From NCBI GenBank assembly GCA_029245795.1, contig JAQWOP010000018.1:44733-108732 (forward strand): a stretch of DNA of 64,000 bases, given 5' to 3'. Shown in pieces: positions 33,141 through 42,791 of the stretch. The notes under the pieces were generated by a model, which was not told the origin of the DNA, ran no database searches, and saw nothing but the letters and a program-made list of their open reading frames with translations. The position numbers and the translations under genes are program-made. This DNA comes from Hyphomicrobiales bacterium (GTDB lineage Bacteria; Pseudomonadota; Alphaproteobacteria; Rhizobiales; TMED25). Position 1 is the stretch's first letter. Every line of letters starts with the position of its first letter.

Positions 33141-33842
33141 ATGGAACCAAGAATTTATAATAAAACATCATTCTCAGCAGCAGATATTGACCAAGGACTT
33201 CGTACATATATGCTTCGTGTCTATAATTATATGGCAATTGGGCTCTTGATTACAGGATTTGTTGCGTATTTTGCCGCTGCATCTGGAATTTATCTGGCTA
33301 TTGCACAAACACCTTTAATATGGGTCGTAATGCTTGCACCATTAGGGATGGTCTTTTACTTAAGTGCCAGGATAGCAAGAATGTCTGTAAGTGCCGCACA
33401 AATTTCATTTTGGATATTTTCGGGACTTATGGGTTTATCTCTATCCTATATTTTTCTTGCTTACACGGGTAACAGCATTGCAAGAGTATTTCTAATCACA
33501 TCAGGGACATTTGGAGCACTGAGTATCTTTGGTTATACCACAAGAAAAGATCTTTCAGCTTGGGGGTCTTTTTTATTCATGGGGTTAGTTGGAATAATAC
33601 TTGCATCAATTGTTAATATGTTTATTGGATCAAGTGGTATGCAGTTTATAATTTCTGTTCTCGGTGTATTAATATTTGCGGGTTTTACTGCATATGATAC
33701 ACAAAAAATTAAAGAAATGTACTATCAAGGAGATAATTCCGAAACTTCTGGTCGAAAGGCTATCATGGGTGCTTTGAGACTATATCTTGATTTTATTAAC
33801 TTATTTATTTTGCTGCTGCAACTTTTTGGTTCAAGAAGGTAG
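33141..33842 (+). CDS. Bax inhibitor-1/YccA family membrane protein
   Basis: DQGLRTYMLRVYNYM, YTTRKDLS, AYDTQKIK, LYLDFINLF; GGAG at 33131 favours the ATG at 33141. Confidence 0.93.
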   Translation: MEPRIYNKTSFSAADIDQGLRTYMLRVYNYMAIGLLITGFVAYFAAASGIYLAIAQTPLIWVVMLAPLGMVFYLSARIARMSVSAAQISFWIFSGLMGLSLSYIFLAYTGNSIARVFLITSGTFGALSIFGYTTRKDLSAWGSFLFMGLVGIILASIVNMFIGSSGMQFIISVLGVLIFAGFTAYDTQKIKEMYYQGDNSETSGRKAIMGALRLYLDFINLFILLLQLFGSRR

Positions 33843-33845
33843 CAA

Positions 33846-34238
33846 TTAAATTATTTTATAACGGCGTGTATCTTTTTCTAGTATCTTTAATACATTAAGC
33901 AGTTCACTACCTCTTTTTATTATTCTTCCATCAGTTCCCTTAATCTGGTAACCCCCATTCCCATTCTTAGATTTAGGTATTTTATGAATTGTATACTGAG
34001 GGACTTCATTTGTTTTTCTATAAACAGAAAATATAGCTTGATCCTTTAAAGCATCAATTGCGTAATCTTTCCATTCACCTGATACAACTTTTCTCCCATA
34101 TAAAGTTAGTATTTGATTTAATTCTTCTCTCGAAAAAGCTATCAGCTTATTTTGGATAGTTTTTTTATTACCACTTGAAGTATTTACCCATTCTCTAGGA
34201 TTATTGGTAAAATTTGAAATTTTTAATATATTATTCAT
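33846..34238 (-). CDS. DUF2794 family protein
   Basis: F.REEL..IL.LYGR.V..GEWKDYAID, AIFSVYR, G.IIKRG.EL. Confidence 0.88.
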   Translation of the reverse strand: MNNILKISNFTNNPREWVNTSSGNKKTIQNKLIAFSREELNQILTLYGRKVVSGEWKDYAIDALKDQAIFSVYRKTNEVPQYTIHKIPKSKNGNGGYQIKGTDGRIIKRGSELLNVLKILEKDTRRYKII

Positions 34239-34302
34239 TTCTCTCTCACATCTGCTAGTTTAGCATACAAAAAATAATTGATGAATATAAAGATAAAAAA
34301 TA

Positions 34303-34329
34303 TGGAAATTCATTATTAGATTACTATAT
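34303..34329 (+). promoter_or_regulatory. Possible RpoH (sigma32) promoter for htpG
   Basis: TGGAAA-N15-CTATAT, close to alphaproteobacterial TTGAAA...CTATAT heat-shock promoters; AT-rich context weakens the call. Confidence 0.35.
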
Positions 34330-34382
34330 ATATCTTAGTAATTTATTATTTATCCTGCATATAGGGATGCTTGGAGAGAATC

Positions 34383-36248
34383 ATGACAATCAAAGAAGAA
34401 AAAAAAGAATTTACTGCTGAAGTAAGTAGATTACTTCAAATGTTAACACATTCGATTTACTCAAATAGAGAGATCTTTTTAAGAGAGCTCATATCAAATG
34501 CATCTGATGCCTGCGATAAACTTAGGTATATCTCAACCACAAAATCTGATGTAGGGGTTGATGATTTAAAAATTGAAATAATATTAAGTAGTGAAAAAAA
34601 TACCCTCACCATATTTGATAATGGAATCGGTATGAGTAGAGATGAAATGGTAGAGAATCTAGGAACCATAGCTAAATCAGGAACTAAGGCATTTATTGAG
34701 AATGCATCGGAATCAAAAGATTTAGGAACGCAGATAGGACAATTTGGGATAGGGTTTTATTCAGCATTTATTGTTTCGAAGAATGTGAAAGTTATTTCAA
34801 CAAAATATGATACTAATGTTACGTACTCTTGGGAATCTGATGGTTTAGGATCATATAGTATAGCAAAAATAGAGAATGCTGCGAGGAAGGGCACAAGCAT
34901 AATCATCTCATTAGATGCAGATTCGGAAGAATTTTTAAAAACGGATAAGATCAAAGAAGTAATATCAAAATACTCTGATAACATTAATTTTCCTATATAT
35001 TTAAAAGATATCACTTCGGATATTGAAGAACAAATTAATACTACAAATGCAATATGGACAAAACAGAAGAAGGATATATCTAAGGAGCAATACCAAGAAC
35101 ATTATCAACTAGTTAGTAGGAATTTTGATGATCCAACTTCTACTATTCATTATAAAGCTGAAGGTAGGTATGAATATGATGTTCTATTATACATTCCATC
35201 TTCAAGACCCTTTGACTTATTTGATCAGCAAAGAAAAGCTAAGTTAAAATTATATGTAAAAAGAGTTTTGATTAGTGATGATGCAAATATAATACCATCA
35301 TACTTTAGATTTATAAGTGGTGTAATTGATTGTGCGGATATTCCTCTTACAGTAAGTCGTGAGATATTACAAGAAAATCAAGTTGTAGTAGCTATCAAAA
35401 AGGCTATAAAAAATAGAATCATGAGTACTCTACAAAAGATGGCTGAAAAAGATCATGAGAAGTATCTTACTGTATGGCAAACATTTGGAACGGTGATTAA
35501 AGAGGGTTTATATGAAGATTTTGAAAAAAGAAATGATTTATTAAAATTATTAAGATTTGCTTCAACCAATAATAAAGAGGAAATAAGAAGTCTGGATGAA
35601 TATATAAAGGATATTAAGGATAAACAAAAATCAATATATTATATCACAGCCGAAGATTACGAATCAGCTATTGCTAACCCCATCTTGGAAGGGTTTAAAG
35701 CTAGGGACCTTGAAGTAATTATTTTAACGGATCCTGTCGATAGTTTCTGGACAGCTTCCAATGTGAATTATGAGAAGTATGATTTAAAGCAAGTTTCCCA
35801 TGCTAAAGAAGAACTAATAGATGTTGAAATAAAAAATAAAGATAAGGAAAAAAAATCTAAGAATAGGGTTGAAGAATCAGCAATCTCGGAACTTATAAAT
35901 AGAGTTACAAAAATATTAGATGGTCAAGTTAGTGATGTGAAAGTGAATCCCGGGCTTATTGAGAGTCCCGTTTGCTTATCTCTCGGGGATAATGGTTATG
36001 ACAAGACTATTCAAAGAATATTACAAGAAAAACAAGGAATGGAGCTATCGAAGCCTGTTTTAGAGATAAATCCAGATCATAATCTTATTAAGATCTTATC
36101 AAGTAAGATTAAGAATAAAAAGATTAAAGATGTAAATACTCTGACTAATCTTTTATATGATTATGCCTTAATTATGGATGGTGAAAAACCACACGATATT
36201 GCCAATTTTAGTAAAAATATGCAAGAGATTTTAACTAAAATAAAATAG
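34383..36248 (+). CDS. htpG: Chaperone HtpG (Hsp90)
   Basis: YSNREIFLRELISNASDA, DNGIGM, IGQFGIGFYSAF, SREILQ, LEINP; GGAG favours the ATG at 34383. Confidence 0.98.
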   Translation: MTIKEEKKEFTAEVSRLLQMLTHSIYSNREIFLRELISNASDACDKLRYISTTKSDVGVDDLKIEIILSSEKNTLTIFDNGIGMSRDEMVENLGTIAKSGTKAFIENASESKDLGTQIGQFGIGFYSAFIVSKNVKVISTKYDTNVTYSWESDGLGSYSIAKIENAARKGTSIIISLDADSEEFLKTDKIKEVISKYSDNINFPIYLKDITSDIEEQINTTNAIWTKQKKDISKEQYQEHYQLVSRNFDDPTSTIHYKAEGRYEYDVLLYIPSSRPFDLFDQQRKAKLKLYVKRVLISDDANIIPSYFRFISGVIDCADIPLTVSREILQENQVVVAIKKAIKNRIMSTLQKMAEKDHEKYLTVWQTFGTVIKEGLYEDFEKRNDLLKLLRFASTNNKEEIRSLDEYIKDIKDKQKSIYYITAEDYESAIANPILEGFKARDLEVIILTDPVDSFWTASNVNYEKYDLKQVSHAKEELIDVEIKNKDKEKKSKNRVEESAISELINRVTKILDGQVSDVKVNPGLIESPVCLSLGDNGYDKTIQRILQEKQGMELSKPVLEINPDHNLIKILSSKIKNKKIKDVNTLTNLLYDYALIMDGEKPHDIANFSKNMQEILTKIK

Positions 36249-36311
36249 TTATCATAATAATAGATTTTAGCGAATTATTCATGAACGCATTAGACAAATT
36301 TCTAAATAGCT

Positions 36312-39104
36312 TTAAAAATGAATTGACAAAGAGTCTAATGGTTTTTCTGTAGGTGGAGAAAATTTAGTTAGGTTAATTCCATTAATGGCAGTTTTATATT
36401 CTTCAATAGTTGGAGTTCTTCCGAGGATTGCTGATAAAACAACCACTGGTGTTGAAGCCAACAATGACTCACCCTTTTTCCCATCCGAGTCTTCAACCAC
36501 TCTTCCCTTAAAGAGACGTGTTGAAGTAGCAAGCACAGTATCACCTTTTGCAGCTTTCTCTTGGTTTCCCATACATAAGTTACATCCTGGTCTTTCAAGA
36601 TATAAGATATTATCGTATTTAACACGAGCTTCATTTTTAGGATTATTATCATCGAATTCAAAACCCGAATATTTCTGAAGAATGCTCCAATCACCTTCTT
36701 CCTTAAGTTCATCAACAATATTATAAGTTGGTGCAGCGACTATCAAAGGAGCATTAAACTTAACACTCCCTGATTTTGCTTCAAGATTTCGAAGCATTTG
36801 TGCAACAATCTTTATGTCTCCTTTATGAACCATACAAGATCCAACGAAACCTAGGTCTACTTTTTTCTTTGCTTGATAATAAGAGATTGGTCTTATTGTG
36901 TCATGTGTATAACTCTTTGATATATCAATGTTGTTTACATCAGGATCAGCTATCATAGGTTCAACTATTTGATCTAAATCGACAACTACCTCTGCGAAAT
37001 ATTTGGCATTATTATCTGGAGTTAATGCAGGTTTTACACCATTTTTAATTTCTATAATTCTCTGTTCAGCAATATCTATTAAACCACTAAGCATTTTGGT
37101 ATTATTATCCATTCCTTTATCAATCATGATCTGAATTCGATGCTTTGCAATTTCAAGTGACTTAATAAGTGTATCATCTTCAGAAATACATATTGCTGCT
37201 TTTGCTTTCATTTCAGCACTCCAGTCAGTAAATGTAAAAGCTTGGTCTGCTAACAAAGTTCCAATATGCACTTCTATAATACGTCCCTGGAATACATTAT
37301 CATCAAACTGACTAAGCATTTGAGCTTGTGTGGCATGAACAACATCACGAAAGTCCATATGATCCGGCATAACACCTTTAAAAGTGACCTTTACTGATTC
37401 AGGGATGGGCATCGTTGCTTCTCCGGTTGCGAGAGCCAATGCTACAGTTCCAGAGTCTGCACCAAATGCCACTCCTTTAGACATTCTAGTATGAGAGTCT
37501 CCACCAATTATGATTGCCCAATCATTAACAGTTATATCATTTAATACCTTATGAATTACATCTGTCATTGGATGGTAGATATCTTTTGGATCTCTTCCTG
37601 TAATAAGACCAAATTTATGCATAAATTTCATTAGTTTCGGCGTGTTCTCCTGAGCCTTTATATCCCACACTGAAGCTGTATGACATCCAGATTGGTATGC
37701 CCCATCAATTGTTGGGGCGATAAGTGTTGCAGCCATAGCTTCTAGTTCTTGGGCAGTCATAGGACCAGTTGTATCTTGTGATCCAACAATGTTAACTTTT
37801 ACTCTAGCGTCAGCTCCAGCGTGCAGAACTGAGTCCTTTGCAACACCTATAGCATTTGCATTAAAAATTTTTTCAACCGCTGTGAGGCCCTGACCAGGAT
37901 GAAATACCTCTTTTGTTTTTGCATATGGAGATTTAATTTCTTTACCAAGAGCTTCGCAGGCGAAGTTTTGAAGTTTTTTACCAAATACGACTGCATAGGA
38001 CCCTCCAGCTTTGATAAAATCTGTATTTTGAGGTGTGAAGGAAGAAGAAACATCAACTAGTTCTTCATTTCCGGCGTTGTTATAGAGTTTCTTATCTTTT
38101 GTATTTATTTTTAAAACAGTTCCAGTTTCTACTGAATATTTCTGTTCGAGAACTGGATTATTATCATTATTGAGGATTGGATTCCCATTAGAGTCTAATT
38201 TTTTTACCCAGTTCTTTAAATCTATTCCAATTCCCCCTGTTACCCCAACAGTTGTTAAAAAGATAGGTGAAACCCCATTTGTTCCTGCCACTATAGGTGC
38301 AATATTTACGAATGGTACGTAAGGACTTGACTTTCTCCCAGTCCAAAGCGCAACATTATTGACTCCAGACATCCGAGATGACCCAACACCCATCGTACCT
38401 TTTTCAGCAATTAGCATCACACGTTTATTTGGATTTAGTTCTTGAAGCTTCTGAATCTCTTCTTGGGCTGACTCAGATATAAAACACTTTCCGTGAAGTT
38501 CACGATCGGCTCTTGAATGAGCTTGGTTACCAGGTGATAGTAAATCCGTTGAAATATCACCTTCGGCTGCTATATATGTGACAACCTCAATCTCATCTTC
38601 AATTTTAGGCAATTTTGTAAAAAATTCAGCCCTCGAATAGCTTTCTATAACATCTTTTGCAAATATATTTCCTTCGGAATAAGCTTTCTTTAGCCGCTCT
38701 GTATCAGCCTCATAAAGGAAAACTTGACTTTTAAGTATATTAGCTGCGTCTTTAGCTGTTGTTTGATTATCACCTAATGTTAAGTCAAGAAGAACTTCTA
38801 CGGAAGGTCCACCTTTCATATGGGACAATAATTCAAAAGCAAAAACTGAAGTAATCTCATTTACCAAACAGTCGCCCAGTATGATTTCTTTTAGAAATTT
38901 GGCCTTCTCTTTTGCGGCGCTAGTGGTTCCAGGCAAAGTATTGTAAATAAGATATTTAAGTGAGTCTTGTCTATGAGTATTATCCAAATCTTTGATTTGC
39001 TGAATAAGTTCTTTGATGAGATCGCCGTCATCAATAGGTTTTGGTTTTAGACCTTGCTTTTTTCTATTTTCTATTTCATCTAAGTAGATTTTATATAAAT
39101 TCAT
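36312..39104 (-). CDS. acnB: Aconitate hydratase B / 2-methylisocitrate dehydratase (long, Bacteroidota-like form)
   Basis: N-terminal HEAT-like domain, TDLLSP, GVGSSRMS, SQDTTGPMT, GDSHTR, FVGSCM, GCNLCMGNQ, TSTR. Confidence 0.93.
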   Translation of the reverse strand: MNLYKIYLDEIENRKKQGLKPKPIDDGDLIKELIQQIKDLDNTHRQDSLKYLIYNTLPGTTSAAKEKAKFLKEIILGDCLVNEITSVFAFELLSHMKGGPSVEVLLDLTLGDNQTTAKDAANILKSQVFLYEADTERLKKAYSEGNIFAKDVIESYSRAEFFTKLPKIEDEIEVVTYIAAEGDISTDLLSPGNQAHSRADRELHGKCFISESAQEEIQKLQELNPNKRVMLIAEKGTMGVGSSRMSGVNNVALWTGRKSSPYVPFVNIAPIVAGTNGVSPIFLTTVGVTGGIGIDLKNWVKKLDSNGNPILNNDNNPVLEQKYSVETGTVLKINTKDKKLYNNAGNEELVDVSSSFTPQNTDFIKAGGSYAVVFGKKLQNFACEALGKEIKSPYAKTKEVFHPGQGLTAVEKIFNANAIGVAKDSVLHAGADARVKVNIVGSQDTTGPMTAQELEAMAATLIAPTIDGAYQSGCHTASVWDIKAQENTPKLMKFMHKFGLITGRDPKDIYHPMTDVIHKVLNDITVNDWAIIIGGDSHTRMSKGVAFGADSGTVALALATGEATMPIPESVKVTFKGVMPDHMDFRDVVHATQAQMLSQFDDNVFQGRIIEVHIGTLLADQAFTFTDWSAEMKAKAAICISEDDTLIKSLEIAKHRIQIMIDKGMDNNTKMLSGLIDIAEQRIIEIKNGVKPALTPDNNAKYFAEVVVDLDQIVEPMIADPDVNNIDISKSYTHDTIRPISYYQAKKKVDLGFVGSCMVHKGDIKIVAQMLRNLEAKSGSVKFNAPLIVAAPTYNIVDELKEEGDWSILQKYSGFEFDDNNPKNEARVKYDNILYLERPGCNLCMGNQEKAAKGDTVLATSTRLFKGRVVEDSDGKKGESLLASTPVVVLSAILGRTPTIEEYKTAINGINLTKFSPPTEKPLDSLSIHF

Positions 39105-39217
39105 AACTACACATAAAATTTAATGAATCGGCTAGTAATGTATATTTTGTATTGATTTGAGCTATTATTTTCAATCCTTTATAAAAAGTACAATATCAAT
39201 TTCTACATAATAAGTTT

Positions 39218-39292
39218 TACCATGATAGAATAGACATTCAAGTTTATTTTGATAATATATTTATATAATCATATAAATACCATGATAAAATA
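39218..39292 (+). repeat. 15-nt direct repeat at 60-nt period with extended -10-like core, plus a 9-bp inverted repeat
   Basis: TACCATGATAGAATA (39218-39232) and TACCATGATAAAATA (39278-39292); TATTTATAT-aatc-ATATAAATA at 39258-39279. Confidence 0.65.
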
Positions 39293-39320
39293 TATTATTA
39301 AATTATTCAAATAAGCGCAT

Positions 39321-39923
39321 ATGAAATTATATATAGATGACCTAAAATTTTCTTATGAAAACGGTCTAATCTTTAATAATGATACTTATAAACTATCATC
39401 CGATAACATTACATTACTCCTTGGGAAGAATGGTTCTGGAAAATCGACTTTATTAAGGATAATTTCAGGTCTAGAAAAACCAAATTCAGGCAAAATTACA
39501 CTATATGACAGCAATAATGAAAAAGTAAATCATGCTGGTAATATCTCATATTTAGGACATAAATTGGCGCTGAAGGAAGAGTTGACAACTCAAGAAAATA
39601 TCAAATTTTGGCTTAATTTTTATAACACTAATTTGTTAAACAAAGAATATGAGGAATTAGGTCTAGATAAATTATCGTCTGTAATGGTTCGGAAGTTATC
39701 TGCAGGGCAAAAAAAGAAATTAGCTCTCTACAGAATACTTCTATCAAATAAGACTATTTGGCTTCTTGATGAACCCTTCTCAAATCTTGATAAACAAACA
39801 TACGAATATTTCAAAGAATTATTAGTATCTAAAGTAGATAAAGATAGAATAATGATTATTACTTCTCATTCTAAATTAGAATTAAAAAATGAGATAATAA
39901 TTAACCTGGATCAAGATAAATGA
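39321..39923 (+). CDS. ccmA: Cytochrome c maturation ABC ATPase
   Basis: GKNGSGKST, YLGH..ALK.ELT..EN, LSAGQ, WLLDEP. Confidence 0.93.
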   Translation: MKLYIDDLKFSYENGLIFNNDTYKLSSDNITLLLGKNGSGKSTLLRIISGLEKPNSGKITLYDSNNEKVNHAGNISYLGHKLALKEELTTQENIKFWLNFYNTNLLNKEYEELGLDKLSSVMVRKLSAGQKKKLALYRILLSNKTIWLLDEPFSNLDKQTYEYFKELLVSKVDKDRIMIITSHSKLELKNEIIINLDQDK

Positions 39924-40588
39924 AACAGTTTTTATCTATTTTTAAAAGGGATGTTTCCATATTCTATAAAAATAAGTCTATTTATGTTCTTGCGGTTTCA
40001 TTTTTTCTAATCATATCAATGATATTACCAATTGGGATTGGCCCAGATCTTGATATACTCCGATCTATTTCGCCAGGATTAATATGGATTGCCTTTCTCC
40101 TTTCTACACTTCTTAATATGCCTTTACTTTTTGAAGATGATTACAAAGATGGCTTTCTAGAAACAATGATTATAGAGTCTGATAGTTCTATAATATCGAT
40201 AACTAGTAAGATTTTTAGTTTTTGGACTGCAATAATATTTCCTATAATAATATTCATACCTATTGCCGGTGTGATGCTAAATCTTGGGTCAGATCAAACT
40301 TTAAAGATTATCATTTTGTTATTAATAAGTAGCCCTTATATTATATTAGTTTCTGCTATTGGCTCCGCAATAACTATTAGAACAATTAATTCTGGTCTAT
40401 TAATAACTTCATTAATAACACCATTCTATATTCCAATTTTGATAATTGGGACTTTGCCATTTATTGATAATGATTTTGTAAATTTCGATTTTACTAGATC
40501 AGTAATGTTATTAACTGCAGCTTCGCTATTATCTATGGTAATGATACCATATTTTATTATATATATTTTAAGAATAAACAGCGACTAA
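39920..40588 (+). CDS. ccmB: Cytochrome c maturation permease CcmB
   Basis: P.GIGPD, F.DDY.DG.LE, P.YIPILI. Confidence 0.92.
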   Translation: MKQFLSIFKRDVSIFYKNKSIYVLAVSFFLIISMILPIGIGPDLDILRSISPGLIWIAFLLSTLLNMPLLFEDDYKDGFLETMIIESDSSIISITSKIFSFWTAIIFPIIIFIPIAGVMLNLGSDQTLKIIILLLISSPYIILVSAIGSAITIRTINSGLLITSLITPFYIPILIIGTLPFIDNDFVNFDFTRSVMLLTAASLLSMVMIPYFIIYILRINSD

Positions 40589-40612
40589 AGAAATCTAATA
40601 AGGTTATCTCCA

Positions 40613-41314
40613 TTGAAAATACTAAATCCAAATCTCTTTTTGAAATATTTAAATAAATACTTTCCATTTATTTCATTGCTGTCATTCTCAACTCTTTCTT
40701 TTGGATTTTTTTGGGCATTATTTATTTCACCAAATGACTATCAGCAGGGGGTAATGGTAAAGATAATGTACCTACATGTTCCGTCTGCTTGGCTTAGTCT
40801 TGGCATATATGGATTAATGACCATGATGAGTATTATTTATCTTGTAACAAAAACACCTCTTGCTGCTATAATTGCAAAAGCGGCAACACCCATTGGATTA
40901 TTATTTACATTAGTGGTCCTTATTTCTGGTATTTTCTGGGGTAGACCTATGTGGGGAGTTTGGTGGGTTTGGGATGCAAGATTAACTTCTGTTCTAATAC
41001 TATTCTTTATTTATATGGGTTTGATTTTAATTTATCGCCTTGAAAATAAACAAAATAAAGTACTTAAAATTGCATCCTTTTATACAATATTAGGGTTTAT
41101 TAATATCCCGATAGTCAAATTCTCGGTTGATTGGTGGAATACATTACATCAGCCAGCAAGTGTTTTAAGACTAGATGGGCCATCAATTCACTATACGATG
41201 TTATATCCGTTAATTGTAGTTTTTGTTGGGCTCTGCCTTTTATTCTTAGCTTTGATTTCAATCAGAATAAAAATAGAAATCATGAAAGGTAAATTAAAAA
41301 ATGTTAATTTATAA
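40613..41314 (+). CDS. ccmC: Heme chaperone-loading protein CcmC
   Basis: YLHVPSAW, WGRPMWGVWWVWDARLT, WWNTLHQ. Confidence 0.97.
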   Translation: MKILNPNLFLKYLNKYFPFISLLSFSTLSFGFFWALFISPNDYQQGVMVKIMYLHVPSAWLSLGIYGLMTMMSIIYLVTKTPLAAIIAKAATPIGLLFTLVVLISGIFWGRPMWGVWWVWDARLTSVLILFFIYMGLILIYRLENKQNKVLKIASFYTILGFINIPIVKFSVDWWNTLHQPASVLRLDGPSIHYTMLYPLIVVFVGLCLLFLALISIRIKIEIMKGKLKNVNL

Positions 41315-41335
41315 CTTTGAATTAGATAAAAATTT

Positions 41336-41479
41336 ATGAATGAAAATCATCTATATTTTGTATTAATATCCTATGTATCCGCAATAGTATTGTTTATTGC
41401 ATATTTTATTCACTCAAGATCTAAATTAAAAAATATTGAAAAATACCTTAAAAAAAGTGATAGGTGGTTAGATGAATAA
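41336..41479 (+). CDS. ccmD: Heme exporter protein CcmD (47 aa; not in ORF track)
   Basis: Manual translation MNENHLYFVLISYVSAIVLFIAYFIHSRSKLKNIEKYLKKSDRWLDE: H..FV..SY, one TM helix, basic tail; fills the ccmC-ccmG gap and overlaps the ccmG start. Confidence 0.85.
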   Translation: MNENHLYFVLISYVSAIVLFIAYFIHSRSKLKNIEKYLKKSDRWLDE

Positions 41480-42032
41480 TAGAAAAAAATATATTATATA
41501 TTTTTCTTTTATCGTATATTTTATAATTCTCGTTATATTTTTATATAATCATCTTAATAAAGAGAAAACAAAAGATATCAGGTCTGTATACATTGGTAAA
41601 AAATTTCCTGAAATAAATTACCCTACAACAATTATTGATGGAGTAAAGTACGATGGCTTTTCACAGATAGATTTTAGCTCTAATAAACTCTCAGTAATAA
41701 ATATATGGGCTTCATGGTGTACGCCATGTAGAGCAGAGCATGAATATTTGATTGAACTCAAAAATTTCTCAATTCCAATATATGGTGTAAATTACAAAGA
41801 TAAGCTTAAAAATGCTAAATTATTTATAGAGGAATTAGGAAATCCATATAAAGGGATAGGTTTTGATTTAGATGGCATGTCAGCAATTTCTCTTGGAGTC
41901 TATGGTATTCCAGAAACTTTCTTAGTGGATCATAATGGAATAGTTATCAAAAAATATATTGGTCCTATTACAAGTCCAGAAGTTGATGAGATTGTGGATA
42001 TATTTAGAAAGAATTTTATGGATCATTATTAA
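41472..42032 (+). CDS. ccmG: Thiol:disulfide interchange protein CcmG/DsbE
   Basis: N-terminal TM, WASWCTPCRAEH, NYKD, LGNPY, GVYGIPETF. Confidence 0.94.
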   Translation: MNNRKKYIIYFSFIVYFIILVIFLYNHLNKEKTKDIRSVYIGKKFPEINYPTTIIDGVKYDGFSQIDFSSNKLSVINIWASWCTPCRAEHEYLIELKNFSIPIYGVNYKDKLKNAKLFIEELGNPYKGIGFDLDGMSAISLGVYGIPETFLVDHNGIVIKKYIGPITSPEVDEIVDIFRKNFMDHY

Positions 42033-42076
42033 TTATGAATTATAATTAATAATGAATATTAAAATAGGAGTTATAT

Positions 42077-42403
42077 ATGTTACATGAGATAAGAGTTTAT
42101 CATTGCACGCCTGGATGCGTTCCAAAAGTTTTGGATAGATTCGAAAATATAGTTTTTGATTTCTGGGAAAAATATGGGATTAAACAAATTGGTTTTTGGA
42201 CGACTTATGTTGGAGAATCTAATATGGATATTACATATTTATTAGAATGGGAGTCTCTAGCTGAGAGGGAAGAAAAGTGGAATGCTTTTCAAGCTGATCC
42301 AGAATGGATAAAGAAAAGAGCAGCAACTGAACCAAATGGGCCTATTGTTGCTTCTTACTCTAATCAAATATTGCAACCAACAAAGTTTTCAAATCTGAAA
42401 TAG
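42077..42403 (+). CDS. NIPSNAP family protein
   Basis: E.RVY...PG, GI.QIGFWT, WESLAERE.KW.AF.ADPEW, IL.PT.FS. Confidence 0.9.
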   Translation: MLHEIRVYHCTPGCVPKVLDRFENIVFDFWEKYGIKQIGFWTTYVGESNMDITYLLEWESLAEREEKWNAFQADPEWIKKRAATEPNGPIVASYSNQILQPTKFSNLK

Positions 42404-42436
42404 TATAACTTAAAAAATTTACAAGCAGGGGGCACT

Positions 42437-42766
42437 ATGTCGAAAAAACTTGATGATAAAGAAAATGATTTTTCTTCAAAAAGAGAAATTGCTGAACATA
42501 AAATAGTATTAGAGAATGAAGAACTAATAGTTACTCACTGGGTTTTCAACCCTGGAGAACAAACAGGATGGCATTTGCATGAATTAGACTATATGCCAAT
42601 ACAACTATCTACAGGTAAGTTGATGTTTGAATTTCCTGATGGTCGCACAAGAGAAATTGATTATGTTCCAAAGACAGCATCACTTGTCAAGGCCCCTCTT
42701 GAGCATAATGCTATAAATACAAGTAATGAAAAAGTTGTTGCATTGGAAATAGAATTTAAGAAATAG
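42437..42766 (+). CDS. Small cupin, BauB-like
   Basis: VT.W.F.PGEQTGWH.HE.DY, EHN.IN, EIEFK. Confidence 0.75.
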   Translation: MSKKLDDKENDFSSKREIAEHKIVLENEELIVTHWVFNPGEQTGWHLHELDYMPIQLSTGKLMFEFPDGRTREIDYVPKTASLVKAPLEHNAINTSNEKVVALEIEFKK

Positions 42767-42791
42767 TTTTTCATTTTTGATAGAATTTTAT

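Noticed and set aside
34250-34382. Inverted repeats upstream of htpG (ATTACTA-N9-TAGTAAT; ATCCTG/TAGGGAT) as CIRCE or RNA thermometer
   Set aside because: Does not match CIRCE (TTAGCACTC-N9-GAGTGCTAA), and the hairpin does not cover the GGAG RBS
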